From an uncultured archaeon (GTDB taxonomy: Archaea; Micrarchaeota; Micrarchaeia; Micrarchaeales; CABMGC01): a stretch of DNA of 38,374 bases. Below, one piece after another: positions 37,833 through 38,374 of this stretch. The notes beneath the pieces are model-generated. The model was given only the letters and a program-made list of their open reading frames with translations, did no database searches and was not told the DNA's origin. The position numbers and the translations under genes were made by a program. The DNA is taken from assembly GCA_963787445.1 (NCBI GenBank), contig CAWBCT010000014.1:1-38374 (forward strand), given 5' to 3'. How positions within the stretch are numbered: the first letter of the stretch is position 1; each line of letters begins with the position of its first letter.

Positions 37833-38374
37833 TCTATCTTGCCTTGATTATTTTAAGTATGGTGAAGGCAGCAAAGTTTCTTTTTCTCTCCTCCATGACT
37901 ATATTTTATCGTAAGTTATTATGTCTTCCTTTAAACCTGAACCTGCACTCTTGCTTCGGTCGGACTCGGGAATGCTCCCTACGACTTGACTATTAGATAA
38001 CGATCAATGCGGAGTACTAAGGAATCAGTAAGAATATTGACTAAAACTATGGAAAACAGAAACATAAAGCCGACAAATATAAAACCAAACAAAGAGACTA
38101 CTTGATACCCTAAACCCCTTCAATATTATCGACGTAGGAACTGAAAAGAATAACAAAAACACAAAGAAGACAACAAAGAAACACCAACAACATATTAGAA
38201 TAAGGTACGAACCCCCTCCCACTTGCTGCGTACCTTGTCAGGCTTTCCCCGAGGGAAGTAGGAAGGTACGAAGGGGGTAGTAGAAGGGAATAGGTTCGTA
38301 CCATCCGGCACGAAAAAGCATTAAAATTGCAGAATATGGATTAAAATTGCAAAACCGATTAAAAATGCAAAGCC

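Larger units (their letters stand above)
31305..38374. mobile_element. Integrated element next to tRNA-Val; right end not seen in the window
   Basis: Tyrosine integrase near the tRNA, AT-rich cargo, gene fragments and a DGR; second att copy not found. Confidence 0.7.

Overview
Archaeal chromosome segment, most likely a small-genome DPANN lineage such as Micrarchaeota (inference from gene content and style). 1-21 kb: a dense field of short orphan genes, many preceded by the same extended TATA motif, interspersed with a peroxiredoxin, a DUF5679-like zinc ribbon, a GT2 glycosyltransferase, an M20 peptidase, argS and tRNA-Arg(CCT). An 850-bp toxin-antitoxin-like islet is bounded by a duplicated tRNA-Arg 3' end. 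22-30.5 kb: a complete A1A0 ATP synthase operon (H-I-K-E-C-F-A-B-D). After tRNA-Val(TAC) an AT-rich integrated element begins (tyrosine integrase, PIN-domain membrane protein, truncated restriction-type gene). It carries a diversity-generating retroelement (DGR): target gene with an internal 102-bp VR, a TR differing from it only at adenines (16/16 mismatches), and an RT split by a G11 tract. No avd gene is evident; a highly structured ~240-nt spacer lies where avd usually sits. Several single-base frameshifts (two in atpA) show the assembly is indel-prone, so frameshift-based claims need read-level checks.
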